Part shown: piece after piece, positions 8,489-16,940 of the stretch
Numbering within the stretch: position 1 is the first letter of the stretch
Layout of the letters: each line of letters opens with the position of its first letter
Source: an uncultured delta proteobacterium
GTDB lineage: Bacteria; Desulfobacterota; Syntrophobacteria; BM002
Direction of reading: 5' to 3'
Assembly: GCA_963712115.1 (NCBI GenBank)
Contig: CAVQGX010000054.1
Span: 1-20,925, forward strand
DNA: 20,925 nt
Program-made: the position numbers and the translations under genes
Notes under the pieces: generated by a model
Databases searched by the model: none
Told to the model about the DNA's origin: nothing
The model's input: the letters and a program-made list of their open reading frames with translations, nothing else

Positions 8489-8496
8489 GTTTGTAA

Positions 8497-8525
8497 ATTT
8501 TGCATTACATACTTTAATGCACAGT
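8497..8525. repeat. L-type site L5
   Basis: ATTTTGCATTA-CATACTT-TAATGCACAGT (TGCATTA/TAATGCA perfect inverted). Confidence 0.85.
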
Positions 8526-8578
8526 AACGCCCTTTTTTGACCACCTCTCCATGCAGTATTATGCTCTCCAAGGCGGAA

Positions 8579-8607
8579 AGTGGTGATTAAGGGATGTAAT
8601 CCGCAGT
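8579..8607. repeat. R-type site R6
   Basis: AGTGGTGATTA-AGGGATG-TAATCCGCAGT; only 53 bp from L5. Confidence 0.85.
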
Positions 8608-8820
8608 TTTGCACTGGCCCTTTTCTTGCAAAAGTTTGTCTGCGTATTTCAGGTTGTGATCAGAGCGGATATAGGTTTCGGTGTTTTCCGTTTTTAATAT
8701 TGCAGATGTTATCGAATAAATAACTGTAATTTCTCATAGTTTACGATACAGACATGAGACTTTCCGCATTATAAAGCGGATAATACGCCGTATAATCTAA
8801 GATTAGGCAGCAAAGATGAA

Positions 8821-9885
8821 ATGACCCAAGCTTCCTCACCTATCAGATTTATCTGCTTCTTGGTAGCCACCCTGTCCGTGTTTACATCCGCCCTGCAGGC
8901 CAACGCCGGAGTGCGGATCGCCATGGCCGACGGCCTCGAACCGGGGCGGCACTTCCTGGTGACCACTACGATCTTCAACCGCGGGTTTGATGGTTTCTTT
9001 ACAGAGCGACTCGACAGTTGCTTTTTGACCTCAGGCGAGAGGAAAGATATCACCTTACTGGCGGTCAAGCCGTTTTTCTATGATCGTGTCTCCGCCGACG
9101 CTGTTCATCCCGGCTTTTATGGCGATAGCACTAAATCCTATAAGGTACCGTTTGCACTGCGTACCGTAGTCCTGCCGACCCTGCGCCCACCTAGTTGGCG
9201 GTACTTTTTGGACAGCGGGGCGCCGATTAGGAAAGGCGGTGTTGGCATCACCCCCAGTAACGTCAACGACCACTTCCATTTAATCTTGCACCAATACCTG
9301 CCAGCCTTTGATCGCGCCGGCATCAAGGAGGACTTGTGTCAATACTTGCCACTTCTGCATGAAATGGCTGCCTTTGCTCACAGCGAACAAGCCTACGAAA
9401 ACAGCAAAGCCACCTTGGACCGACTCTCTGGCACGACCCAAGAGAAATATGTTGAATCCCTGAAAATAACCGTGGAACGATATCGGAGGGAGTTGGATCA
9501 GCGGCTCAAGGAGATCAAAGCATGGTTGGCACTGGAACAGAGCAAGCGGGCGCCGATGCACGACTGGATGGTTCATTTCCATAAGGCCGATTATGTCTAC
9601 CGAGAGATGATGAATGATTCAGACCACAAACGGATACAGCAATGGTTGGAAAAGAACGGTGATTTTCCCCGCGAGGCAACGCTGCAGTGGACCAACGCCG
9701 AAACCGGTCTACGCTACATTTTGCACCTCAAAACCGGTATCACTGGGAAATGGGGCTCCGGTTACAGTACTGTCTTAACCGTCGATCTTAATCCGATTCT
9801 CGGGTTAGAAAACCATCAGCGGTATCTGAAGAAGAGCTATCCTGATTTCTATCGAAATGCAGGGGGAATGTGGAAATTAAAATAG
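8821..9885 (+). CDS. Hypothetical secreted protein (integron cassette gene)
   Basis: 354-aa ORF, signal peptide ending ANA, followed by attC. Confidence 0.7.
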   Translation: MTQASSPIRFICFLVATLSVFTSALQANAGVRIAMADGLEPGRHFLVTTTIFNRGFDGFFTERLDSCFLTSGERKDITLLAVKPFFYDRVSADAVHPGFYGDSTKSYKVPFALRTVVLPTLRPPSWRYFLDSGAPIRKGGVGITPSNVNDHFHLILHQYLPAFDRAGIKEDLCQYLPLLHEMAAFAHSEQAYENSKATLDRLSGTTQEKYVESLKITVERYRRELDQRLKEIKAWLALEQSKRAPMHDWMVHFHKADYVYREMMNDSDHKRIQQWLEKNGDFPREATLQWTNAETGLRYILHLKTGITGKWGSGYSTVLTVDLNPILGLENHQRYLKKSYPDFYRNAGGMWKLK

Positions 9886-9922
9886 GGTGTGGGGTTAAAA
9901 AAGAGAAATAGACGGCGAGAAT

Positions 9923-9982
9923 GCTTGACAAAACTCTGCGGCGGATGGCTTACAGCCCCGCCGCCTAGCTTGGCCGTCATGC
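9923..9982 (+). other. Integron attC site (variant GAC/GTC core)
   Basis: GCTTGAC...GCGGCGGATGGCTTACAGCCCCGCCGCC...GTCATGC, 60-bp imperfect palindrome between co-oriented ORFs. Confidence 0.7.
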
Positions 9983-10003
9983 ATTCAGAGAGATTCGGCA
10001 GAC

Positions 10004-10636
10004 ATGGCAATGAATGACAGCCCTAAAGATCGAAGGGGGTACGCAGCGCACGCAGCGTGGGCAGTGACTGCCGTCGCCGTGTCCCTTCTCATGATATTCA
10101 CAATAAACAAGGGGCATCCTCCTTTTATAGTCTTCCTTCCGCTGGTTATTCTCGTCTGGGTTGTGGGGCACCTTGCTATCTGGGGCGTCGCGTGGCTGGT
10201 TGTCAAGGGTCGGCGTGTTGCTAGCGGAACCCGAAGTGAAGGCAGATCTTGGCCAGTTGGCCTCAGGCTCGCTGTAATTGGTACAGGCGTTCTCACATCG
10301 GTAGGAGTGTTTCAAATTCTAGTGACAGGTTACCTGGGCAGGTTGTATCCATATCACTATGCTAATCTTTGGGCGCTCATGCTGGTCATAAAGCTTGTTC
10401 ACGCAGCGTGTTTTGTGGGACTGCTGTTACGACAGCGGTGGTCACGTCACATGAGCGCGCTGCTAGCGGTTGGGTGGGCGATGTTATTGGCGTCGCAGAT
10501 ATCAGAGCATTTGCCTCCAAGGGCTCCCTCGAACATCGCAGAATTAATGATCGCCTTCGGGATAATGGTGTTTCTATTCATACTCGGTCTTCACCTTGTT
10601 GTTTCACGCGAAGTGAAGTCGTTTCTGAAGAATTAA
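10004..10636 (+). CDS. Hypothetical multi-pass membrane protein (cassette gene)
   Basis: About six hydrophobic segments; flanked by attC sites. Confidence 0.75.
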   Translation: MAMNDSPKDRRGYAAHAAWAVTAVAVSLLMIFTINKGHPPFIVFLPLVILVWVVGHLAIWGVAWLVVKGRRVASGTRSEGRSWPVGLRLAVIGTGVLTSVGVFQILVTGYLGRLYPYHYANLWALMLVIKLVHAACFVGLLLRQRWSRHMSALLAVGWAMLLASQISEHLPPRAPSNIAELMIAFGIMVFLFILGLHLVVSREVKSFLKN

Positions 10637-10640
10637 GAAT

Positions 10641-10721
10641 GCATAACAAGCGCATCGAGGGGACCGACCGCAAGTGGCGATTTTCTTACTTGCACCCGGC
10701 CCCTCAGGCGCAACGTTATGC
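10641..10721 (+). other. Integron attC site (canonical)
   Basis: GCATAAC...GTTATGC perfect R''/R' pair; internal GAGGGG/CCCCTC and GCAAGT/ACTTGC stems; 81 bp. Confidence 0.9.
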
Positions 10722-10731
10722 ATAAGAGATT

Positions 10732-11220
10732 ATGAAATTCCTCATCAGATCAATAGCATTTGTGATAGGAGGATATTGTTTATATAAATTGTTATCAACC
10801 TGGCGAGCGATAGTATATTTCTTTGCAGACTTCTTTCGAGGGCCTGTTTCACCAGACATCGAACCGTGGTTTGCAATCCCATTGACACTGCTGACGATCT
10901 TGCTACTCTTCGCAGGAGTTGTTTCCTCATATGGTCTCTTCCATTTATGGCAGTGGGGTAGAAAGTTAGCCATCGCTGTATTGGGTCTCGACTTCCTCTT
11001 GCGATTGTACGGCGCCATAAATGTGTCGACTTACTCACTGCGCCATCCGGAACCCCCGCCCATTCCAAAAGATGCCGTAATCGTTGGGACCATCAGCATG
11101 TGGCCGTCCTACATTACCGGGATCATCAGCCTTATTTTCATAACCATATTAACGCGAAATTCAATTAGAGATGAGTTCAATGGAAAACCCATCGAACAGA
11201 TTGATGCGGCAAATGCATAA
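10732..11220 (+). CDS. Hypothetical membrane protein (cassette gene)
   Basis: About four TM segments; stop codon TAA lies inside the next attC R'' box GCATAAC (11215-11221). Confidence 0.75.
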   Translation: MKFLIRSIAFVIGGYCLYKLLSTWRAIVYFFADFFRGPVSPDIEPWFAIPLTLLTILLLFAGVVSSYGLFHLWQWGRKLAIAVLGLDFLLRLYGAINVSTYSLRHPEPPPIPKDAVIVGTISMWPSYITGIISLIFITILTRNSIRDEFNGKPIEQIDAANA

Positions 11221-11236
11221 CCCTTATAAGGCCTCC

Positions 11237-11747
11237 CCTTGTCAAGGGATAAAGGTATCCTGGTAACGAAAAAATGTTTTTTCGTTAGAACGCCTGATGC
11301 TGCCGTAACAAGGTTCAGCGTTCTGACTTGGTTTCAAAAGTTCAGGTTTACAGAAGCCGTGTCTGCACCAAACACCTATCGACGCTCATGCCGCTCTATG
11401 TGAGGCAAGCGGCGTTGGGCCTGCTGGATAAAGGCCCGGACCTAGAAATATATCCGTACCCGCATACCGGCCCGATCAAATCGACGGGATCATGGTAATT
11501 ACCAGTCCCAGTTAGAGCGGGGCTCGGGGACGGGGCAGAACACGGAAGCCGTTGTTCTGACATCATCGGTATAGAAAGATAGGGGCCAGGATGTGGATCC
11601 AATCAACTCGTAGGGACTCAGGGTTATCTCCTACGGTACCGTTTGCACTCTCTGGTGCAGTCGGTTGGACTTTTTCAGGTTCCTTGACGAGGTTGTCCCT
11701 TGGCGTTCCAGTTAGACGAATGGGCTCACACACCCTGCCCCGAGCTG
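11237..11747 (-). ncRNA. IS1111 3' non-coding region, likely source of the seekRNA/bridge RNA
   Basis: Position matches the IS1111 subfamily; several hairpins and short matches to the insertion junctions; exact RNA ends unknown. Confidence 0.55.
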
Positions 11748-12794
11748 TTATGTTTCGTTGAAAAAGACTTTCATACTGAATGGTTCCTTTCGTTTGAGCA
11801 TGAAGTAGGCGGCGCGGCCGATTTTGTGAGCCAGGATTGAGAGAGCCTTTCCTTTGCCGTATTTGCTGACCAGCCGGGCGTGGTAGTGTTGCGCTTGCTC
11901 GTTTCCTCTCAGGAAGAGACAAGCCGCTTCAGAGAAAGCCCACTTGAGGTGAGCGTTTCCGATCTTGCTATTTTTGGTACCGAACTTTTTTCCAGCTGAT
12001 TCTCTGGGGCATTTGACCAAGCGGCAATAGGAGACGAAGTCCTGGACTCTGGGAAACCGTTTGATATCGTGGATTTCATAGAGGAGAATGAGACCGAGGA
12101 TTTTGCCGACTCCGGGGATACTTCGCAAACGATACCAGCTGTAGGCATCGTCCACTTTGGCCTTTTTGACGATATAGAGTTCGAGGTCATTGAGGAGCTG
12201 GTCGTAGAAATCGAGTAGTTGAAGATCGACCTCGATGCTTTTGCTAACGGAAGGGTCGGGGAAGTGTTCGGCAACACCTTCACGGTTTGCCTTGTAGGCG
12301 AGTTTTTTGCCAAACTCTGGTAGATTGTATTGGCTGTTGGTGTTTTGGATATGGGCGAGGAGCTCAGAGCGTTTACGCATGAGGTGGTTTCTGCGGCGCA
12401 GCAGATCCCGGGTTGAGCGCATCTTTCTGGGGTAGACGTAGGCCATGGGGATGTTGCCTCCGCGAAGCAGGGTAGCGATCTTCTTGGAGTCGATTTTGTC
12501 GTTTTTACTTTTGCCCCCATGGATAGCCTTCATGTAGAGGGCGTGGCCGAGGACGAAAGGGATCTTCTCTTTGGCGCAGAGATCAGCCAACCAGTACCAG
12601 ACGAACATGCATTCGACGGCGACAACGATATCCTCCCGAAAGGGCTCGATGGCTTTGAGCAATGCCTCTGCTGAGGCTTTCCTGTTACGGTGGAACACTG
12701 TTTTGCCTTGCTCGTCCACAATGCAGATGTACATGGAGCGGGCGTGAAGGTCGATTCCGCAGTAATAGTTGTGTTGTTTGGTGTAGAATCTCAT
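11748..12794 (-). CDS. IS110-family DEDD transposase/recombinase
   Basis: GIDLH, VAVEC, KNDKIDS (DEDD), LRSIPGVG, ESAGK, KIGNAHLKWA motifs; AAAGGAGG RBS. Confidence 0.95.
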   Translation of the reverse strand: MRFYTKQHNYYCGIDLHARSMYICIVDEQGKTVFHRNRKASAEALLKAIEPFREDIVVAVECMFVWYWLADLCAKEKIPFVLGHALYMKAIHGGKSKNDKIDSKKIATLLRGGNIPMAYVYPRKMRSTRDLLRRRNHLMRKRSELLAHIQNTNSQYNLPEFGKKLAYKANREGVAEHFPDPSVSKSIEVDLQLLDFYDQLLNDLELYIVKKAKVDDAYSWYRLRSIPGVGKILGLILLYEIHDIKRFPRVQDFVSYCRLVKCPRESAGKKFGTKNSKIGNAHLKWAFSEAACLFLRGNEQAQHYHARLVSKYGKGKALSILAHKIGRAAYFMLKRKEPFSMKVFFNET

Positions 12795-12878
12795 TGGGCT
12801 TCCTCCTTTGGTTGAAGATTATGGTTAAGGGACAAACCACATCTTACTATGCCATTGGAGGAGGCCTTAATAAGTATC

Positions 12879-12907
12879 AACTCGCTGCAGTCGGACGGGG
12901 CAAACAG
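12879..12907 (+). other. Remainder of the interrupted attC, left half only
   Basis: AACTCGCTGCAGTCGGACGGGGCAAACAG with no complementary right arm or GTT box before site L7. Confidence 0.7.
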
Positions 12908-12929
12908 TTTCTTTTGATTTTCGGTACTG

Positions 12930-12954
12930 ACTGAAAATTACTTTAATCCACACT
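12930..12954. repeat. L-type site L7 (4 bp missing in spacer)
   Basis: ACTGAAAATTA-CTT-TAATCCACACT; box TACAATATCTTGAT at 12974-12987, 19-bp gap. Confidence 0.8.
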
Positions 12955-13002
12955 TTTCCATTTAAGACCAAGCTACAATATCTTGATTTAAAATTAGAAA
13001 AT

Positions 13003-13028
13003 GCGGAGTCACTGGCTCCGCTTTTTTT
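13003..13028 (+). terminator. Repeated linker terminator hairpin
   Basis: GCGGAG-TCACTGG-CTCCGC + T7. Confidence 0.8.
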
Positions 13029-13064
13029 CTTCTCAACATTTTGTGCCTGAGCAAATCCCAGTAA

Positions 13065-13093
13065 AGTGTGAATTAAGGGATGTAATCTACAGT
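13065..13093. repeat. R-type site R8
   Basis: AGTGTGAATTA-AGGGATG-TAATCTACAGT (arms 8/11 inverted); box CTCAACATTTTGTG at 13032-13045, 19-bp gap. Confidence 0.9.
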
Positions 13094-13420
13094 TTCTCCT
13101 CAGTTGCCTCCAATACTTGATCTCATTTGACACAGTCCACCTAGTTGTCATATCTTAAAAGCAGTTCACGCTCCTTATATTGCTCATCTGCGAGTGACAT
13201 TCTTTTCGTAAAGCATTCACAAGGCAAGTTTCTTTCTCTAGATATATTCAGAACCGCACAGGCCTACCTAAATAAGTAAGGCATTTCTTGTCAGTTGCAT
13301 TGGTTTCTCCATTACTGGTCGTTTATTACTCAGCAACCAGGGAGGTGAGGTGATGGCCGAGGAAAGATATGGACTGACATTGGTGGTTTTGCCAACTTTT
13401 TTATTTTCCGGAGGTGTAAG

Positions 13421-13849
13421 ATGCCTGTAAGAACTGCAGAAGCCGAATGGAAAGGGAATTTGAGTCGTGGCTCTGGACAAATGAAGTTGGGCAGCGGAGC
13501 TTTTGAAGGATCTTTTAGCTTCCCATCTCGATTTAAGGATGGACCGGGCAGCAATCCGGAGGAACTAATAGGCGCAGCGCACGCCGGCTGCTTCTCAATG
13601 GCGCTGTCCCATATGCTGTCCGAGGCTGGCCATATACCGGACGTGGTCCACACCAAGGCCAAGGTCCATATTGATAAAGTGGATGAGGGTTTCAAAATCA
13701 CCACTATTGAGTTGCAGGTGGAAGCTAAGGTCCCCGGGATTAACGAAGAGACTTTCCAGGAAAAGGCAGAGGCTGCTAAGGAAGGATGCCCCGTTTCCCA
13801 AGCCCTGGCCGGTACGGATATCAAGCTGGAAGCCAAACTCTTGAGCTAG
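13421..13849 (+). CDS. osmC: OsmC-family peroxiredoxin
   Basis: GGAGGT RBS; AEWKGNL..GSG, GSNPEELIGAAHAGCFSMAL and AKEGCPVSQAL motifs. Confidence 0.93.
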   Translation: MPVRTAEAEWKGNLSRGSGQMKLGSGAFEGSFSFPSRFKDGPGSNPEELIGAAHAGCFSMALSHMLSEAGHIPDVVHTKAKVHIDKVDEGFKITTIELQVEAKVPGINEETFQEKAEAAKEGCPVSQALAGTDIKLEAKLLS

Positions 13850-14027
13850 CGTCCGTGGCCGGTTGCAAAAAGAGCATGGGGCATGAAGCATAGATTAAGG
13901 AGCCAGGATTCAGAATTTATGTTGTCTGCTGTCGGATTTCACAACCATAGTGGTCTCGAGCGTTTACCTCTAATCATTAGCAAGCATACGATGGAGAAAA
14001 CCTTGGCTGCGCTCCCCCCGTGGGTCT

Positions 14028-14258
14028 TTAGAGTTTAGCGCAAGGGTTGTTGAAAAGCGAGAGCAGAACGCTTCTGAGAGGCTCGCCTGCCATTTCGGCG
14101 AATGCGCTTACGTTTTTACCCACTTCCTTTTCGAAGTCGTCGTTGATTTTTCGCATATCTTTCTCATTGCCCTCAGCCATGGCGCTGGACATTTGCTCTT
14201 CATATAGTTCTACTTGGCCTCTTATTACTGTGCCCAGTTCACCCAGGTATGTTTCCAT
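14028..14258 (-). CDS. Small hypothetical helical protein (76 aa)
   Basis: Strong RBS AAGGAG just upstream of ATG on the minus strand; protein-like composition. Confidence 0.6.
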   Translation of the reverse strand: METYLGELGTVIRGQVELYEEQMSSAMAEGNEKDMRKINDDFEKEVGKNVSAFAEMAGEPLRSVLLSLFNNPCAKL

Positions 14259-14539
14259 TTAAACACTCCTTGCTGCTCGAGCCCTTATCTTTGACTTACT
14301 AAGAGCGCTCATATTACATCACAAGTATCCAACCTAAAATGGGGTCTTAGCAGTATTTTGTCCCCAGAAAAGGTGTAGGAGATAACGGAGGTATTTTTAT
14401 ATGGCAAGGACGGAAAATAAGTTTCAGAGACTTATTACAAGTACCCAGATAGCCAAACGCTTCCTGTCGGTAGCATTTGGAACCCATATGTTACTGTGAA
14501 GGAGCTTGGGAAAGGACAGAAAAAGGGGAGGGAGACTCT

Positions 14540-15301
14540 ATGAATACCAAGTCCAAGCCAGTAGTTAAAACAACTAAAAGGATTCCCAAAAATTTTGACA
14601 TAGATTCCTTGATGCCCAAGGGTATGAAGAATTGGTTAAAATTTCGCTCTGAGTTGAAAAAGCTTGGATTCGAGCCAGATGAGATTAAGAATCTCTGGGG
14701 TCACTATGTAAAGGCAGGAGTGTTGGATGAGGGCATTTTGGCTGGTAAGCCTACTAAATCTACTAGCTCAGTAAAACCTAAGAAAAAACGGAAAACTGCT
14801 ACGATTAAGCCAAAGTCGAAAAGAGGCAGATCCCAGCAAATAGCTGCAGCGGGGGACTTCTTTGTTGCCGCAGAACTTTCCCGCCGAGGTGCTCATACCG
14901 CAGTTTACCTTGGCAATATGCCACGAATTGACCTTTCTGCCACCAATATCGATCAGACAAGGGTAGTGAGCATACAGGTTAAGACACGGAGATCTGGCAC
15001 ATGGCAGTTGAATAACCAAGATGGCGAGCCACGCAAGAAAAACCCCGAAGAGGATCGTTTCTGGATTTTTGTGGACCTTCTGAAGAACAAGCTGCAACCA
15101 GACTACTATATTGTGCCTGAGTGGTGGATAAAAAATGACATGTACGAGGCTCATTTGGCTTATGAAAAGAAAAAAGGTAGGAAAGTCAAACTTCCCTTAG
15201 AAGCTGGCCATCACAGTATTGCACTAGATCGTATTTGGAAATGGAAAGACAGGTGGGATATCCTTGGCCTTGATCTTGAAGAGGTGAAGGGGGTAGAGTG
15301 A
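14540..15301 (+). CDS. PD-(D/E)XK-superfamily nuclease with basic N-terminal extension
   Basis: ATG 14540 after GGGAG; AGDFFVAAELSRRG, PRIDL and IQVKT motifs. Confidence 0.75.
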   Translation: MNTKSKPVVKTTKRIPKNFDIDSLMPKGMKNWLKFRSELKKLGFEPDEIKNLWGHYVKAGVLDEGILAGKPTKSTSSVKPKKKRKTATIKPKSKRGRSQQIAAAGDFFVAAELSRRGAHTAVYLGNMPRIDLSATNIDQTRVVSIQVKTRRSGTWQLNNQDGEPRKKNPEEDRFWIFVDLLKNKLQPDYYIVPEWWIKNDMYEAHLAYEKKKGRKVKLPLEAGHHSIALDRIWKWKDRWDILGLDLEEVKGVE

Positions 15302-15414
15302 TCAGTCAAGAACTTCTTAGAAAAGCTTGTCGACGAAGTGCTCTTTGGATTGTACGCCGAACCCTTTTTTTAATTCGACCCCCCACGTGTAGTAGTATTC
15401 TTTCCAGAGCCAAA

Positions 15415-15443
15415 AGTGTGAATTAAGGGATGTAATACAAAGT
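15415..15443. repeat. R-type site R9
   Basis: AGTGTGAATTA-AGGGATG-TAATACAAAGT; box-like CCCCACGTGTAGTA at 15381-15394, 20-bp gap. Confidence 0.88.
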
Positions 15444-15551
15444 CCGCTCCCAGCCCCTCCATGCTACACACACATTCTCTCCCCGATTGCCCGCCTGTTG
15501 AAGAAATCCACAAATTAAGTCCAAACCCCTACTAAAATGGTAGTTTTTCTA

Positions 15552-15580
15552 TTGACTCTAGCTCGACTCATTCCTATCCT
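15552..15580 (+). promoter_or_regulatory. Putative sigma70 promoter
   Basis: TTGACT-N17-TATCCT. Confidence 0.45.
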
Positions 15581-15779
15581 TTTGACCGAATGTTTTTACT
15601 ACTAACACGGTTATAGGTAACTCGGTTTAGGCATTCTAAAAATATGGATTTTAGGGATATTTTGGACGTGTATTCATAATTCGGCATCAATATTCATTAA
15701 CAAGACTTCACACGTAAAAGTATAAGAAAACATTCTATCCTCGTATTAAACAGGATTTAGCTTCACAAGGAGGTTGAAA

Positions 15780-16670
15780 ATGAGTGGTAAAATTAAATCG
15801 GTATTCTTTGTTTTGATGACAGGGTTCATGTCACTTGCACCTACCGTACAATCTGCCGAAGTGAAAATTATGACTATCCCGGTCACTGAGCAGATATACA
15901 TGATTACGGGAGAAGGCGGTAATATCGGCTTGTTCATCGGTGCGGATGGGACATTTTTAATTGACGACCAGTATGCTCCTCTAACGGAGAAAATTGTAGC
16001 GGCCATCAAATCGGTTGGTGGTGATTTCCCCAAATTTCTGATCAATACCCATTACCACGGCGATCACACTGGCGGAAACGAGAACCTGGGTCAAGGAGGA
16101 ACCTTGATTTTTTCTCACGATAATGTACGGGAGCGTTTGAGCACTGGTTCCTTTATCGAGGCGTTCAATACGAAGCGGGAAGCTGTTTCCCGGGAAGGCT
16201 TACCGGTCGTGACTTTCTCAGAGGATATTAGTTTCCACCTTAACGGCGACAGTATCCGTGCCACCCATGTGCCCCACGCCCACACCGATGGTGACAGCTT
16301 CATCCATTTTAAGAAAGCCAATGTTATTCACGCCGGCGACATATTTTTCAATGGTTTCTATCCGTTTATCGATGTTACCCATGGGGGTTCCCTCAAGGGG
16401 ATGATCAAAGCTGTCGACAAAGTTTTAGCGCTGGCTGATGACAATACAAAAATTATCGCAGGGCACGGCCCCTTGGGAGATAAGGCACAGTTAACACGTT
16501 ACCGTCAGATGCTCGGGATCGCTTATGAACGCTTGAGTAAGCTTAAAGCGGAAGGAAAAACCGCCCAGGAGGCGTCCGCCACCAGACCCCTAGCCGATCT
16601 TGATGCAACTTGGGGCGATGGGATCTTCAAGAGCGATCGCTGGATCGAGATAATTTACTCCGGAGTCTAA
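15780..16670 (+). CDS. Secreted MBL-fold metallo-hydrolase (cyclase-like group)
   Basis: AAGGAGG RBS; signal peptide; NTHYHGDHTGGN, AHTDGD, HAGD and IAGHG metal motifs. Confidence 0.9.
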   Translation: MSGKIKSVFFVLMTGFMSLAPTVQSAEVKIMTIPVTEQIYMITGEGGNIGLFIGADGTFLIDDQYAPLTEKIVAAIKSVGGDFPKFLINTHYHGDHTGGNENLGQGGTLIFSHDNVRERLSTGSFIEAFNTKREAVSREGLPVVTFSEDISFHLNGDSIRATHVPHAHTDGDSFIHFKKANVIHAGDIFFNGFYPFIDVTHGGSLKGMIKAVDKVLALADDNTKIIAGHGPLGDKAQLTRYRQMLGIAYERLSKLKAEGKTAQEASATRPLADLDATWGDGIFKSDRWIEIIYSGV

Positions 16671-16752
16671 ATGGTAAAGCGGGCTGATTTATTTAATGCC
16701 TCGCAATCAATGAATCGGACGACAATAATCTTCGAACCAAGAAGTCACAGGC

Positions 16753-16789
16753 TTCTAACCATTCGCTGCAGTCGGATGCGGCTAACAGC
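16753..16789 (+). other. Left half of an attC site
   Basis: TTCTAAC-CATTC-GCTGCAGTCGGATGCGGCTAACAGC, similar to the reconstituted 11215/12879 site; no right half. Confidence 0.65.
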
Positions 16790-16805
16790 TTTGTTGATGC
16801 TCTGG

Positions 16806-16825
16806 ACTGTGAATTACATACAACT
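16806..16825. repeat. L-type site L10 (about 9 bp missing)
   Basis: ACTGTGAATTA-CATAC..AACT; box CACAACATATTGGG at 16845-16858, 19-bp gap. Confidence 0.72.
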
Positions 16826-16915
16826 TTTGTTATTTTGAAAAAGCCACAACATATTGGGTCGAACCAAGGAGGAGTATTATCCCCGCCCTGCAGAGCTATT
16901 TATTTTCCAAGAACT

Positions 16916-16940
16916 ATGCGGAGCCGGAACTCCGCATTTC
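16916..16940 (+). terminator. Variant linker hairpin
   Basis: ATGCGGAG-CCGGAA-CTCCGCAT, preceded by GCTATTTATTTTCCAAGAACT. Confidence 0.6.

Larger units (their letters stand above)
11222..12878 (-). mobile_element. IS110-family, IS1111-type insertion sequence inserted in an attC site
   Basis: Subterminal inverted repeats TAAGGCCTCC (11227-11236) / GGAGGCCTTA (12860-12869); long non-coding region 3' of the transposase; removal restores GCATAAC-AACTC-GCTGCAGTCGGAC; ends uncertain by 1 bp. Confidence 0.88.

Noticed and set aside
13871-13893. AGAGCAT GGGGCAT GAAGCAT heptamer run
   Set aside because: Three degenerate units only; too short to assign a function.
13871-14330. Candidates for the missing L site (AGCATAGATTA near 13888; ATATTACATC at 14311)
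   Set aside because: Only one partial arm each; no spacer, second arm or correctly placed box.
4019-15543. Isolated box-like 14-mers at 4019, 5922 and 15530
   Set aside because: No core site 19 bp away on either side.
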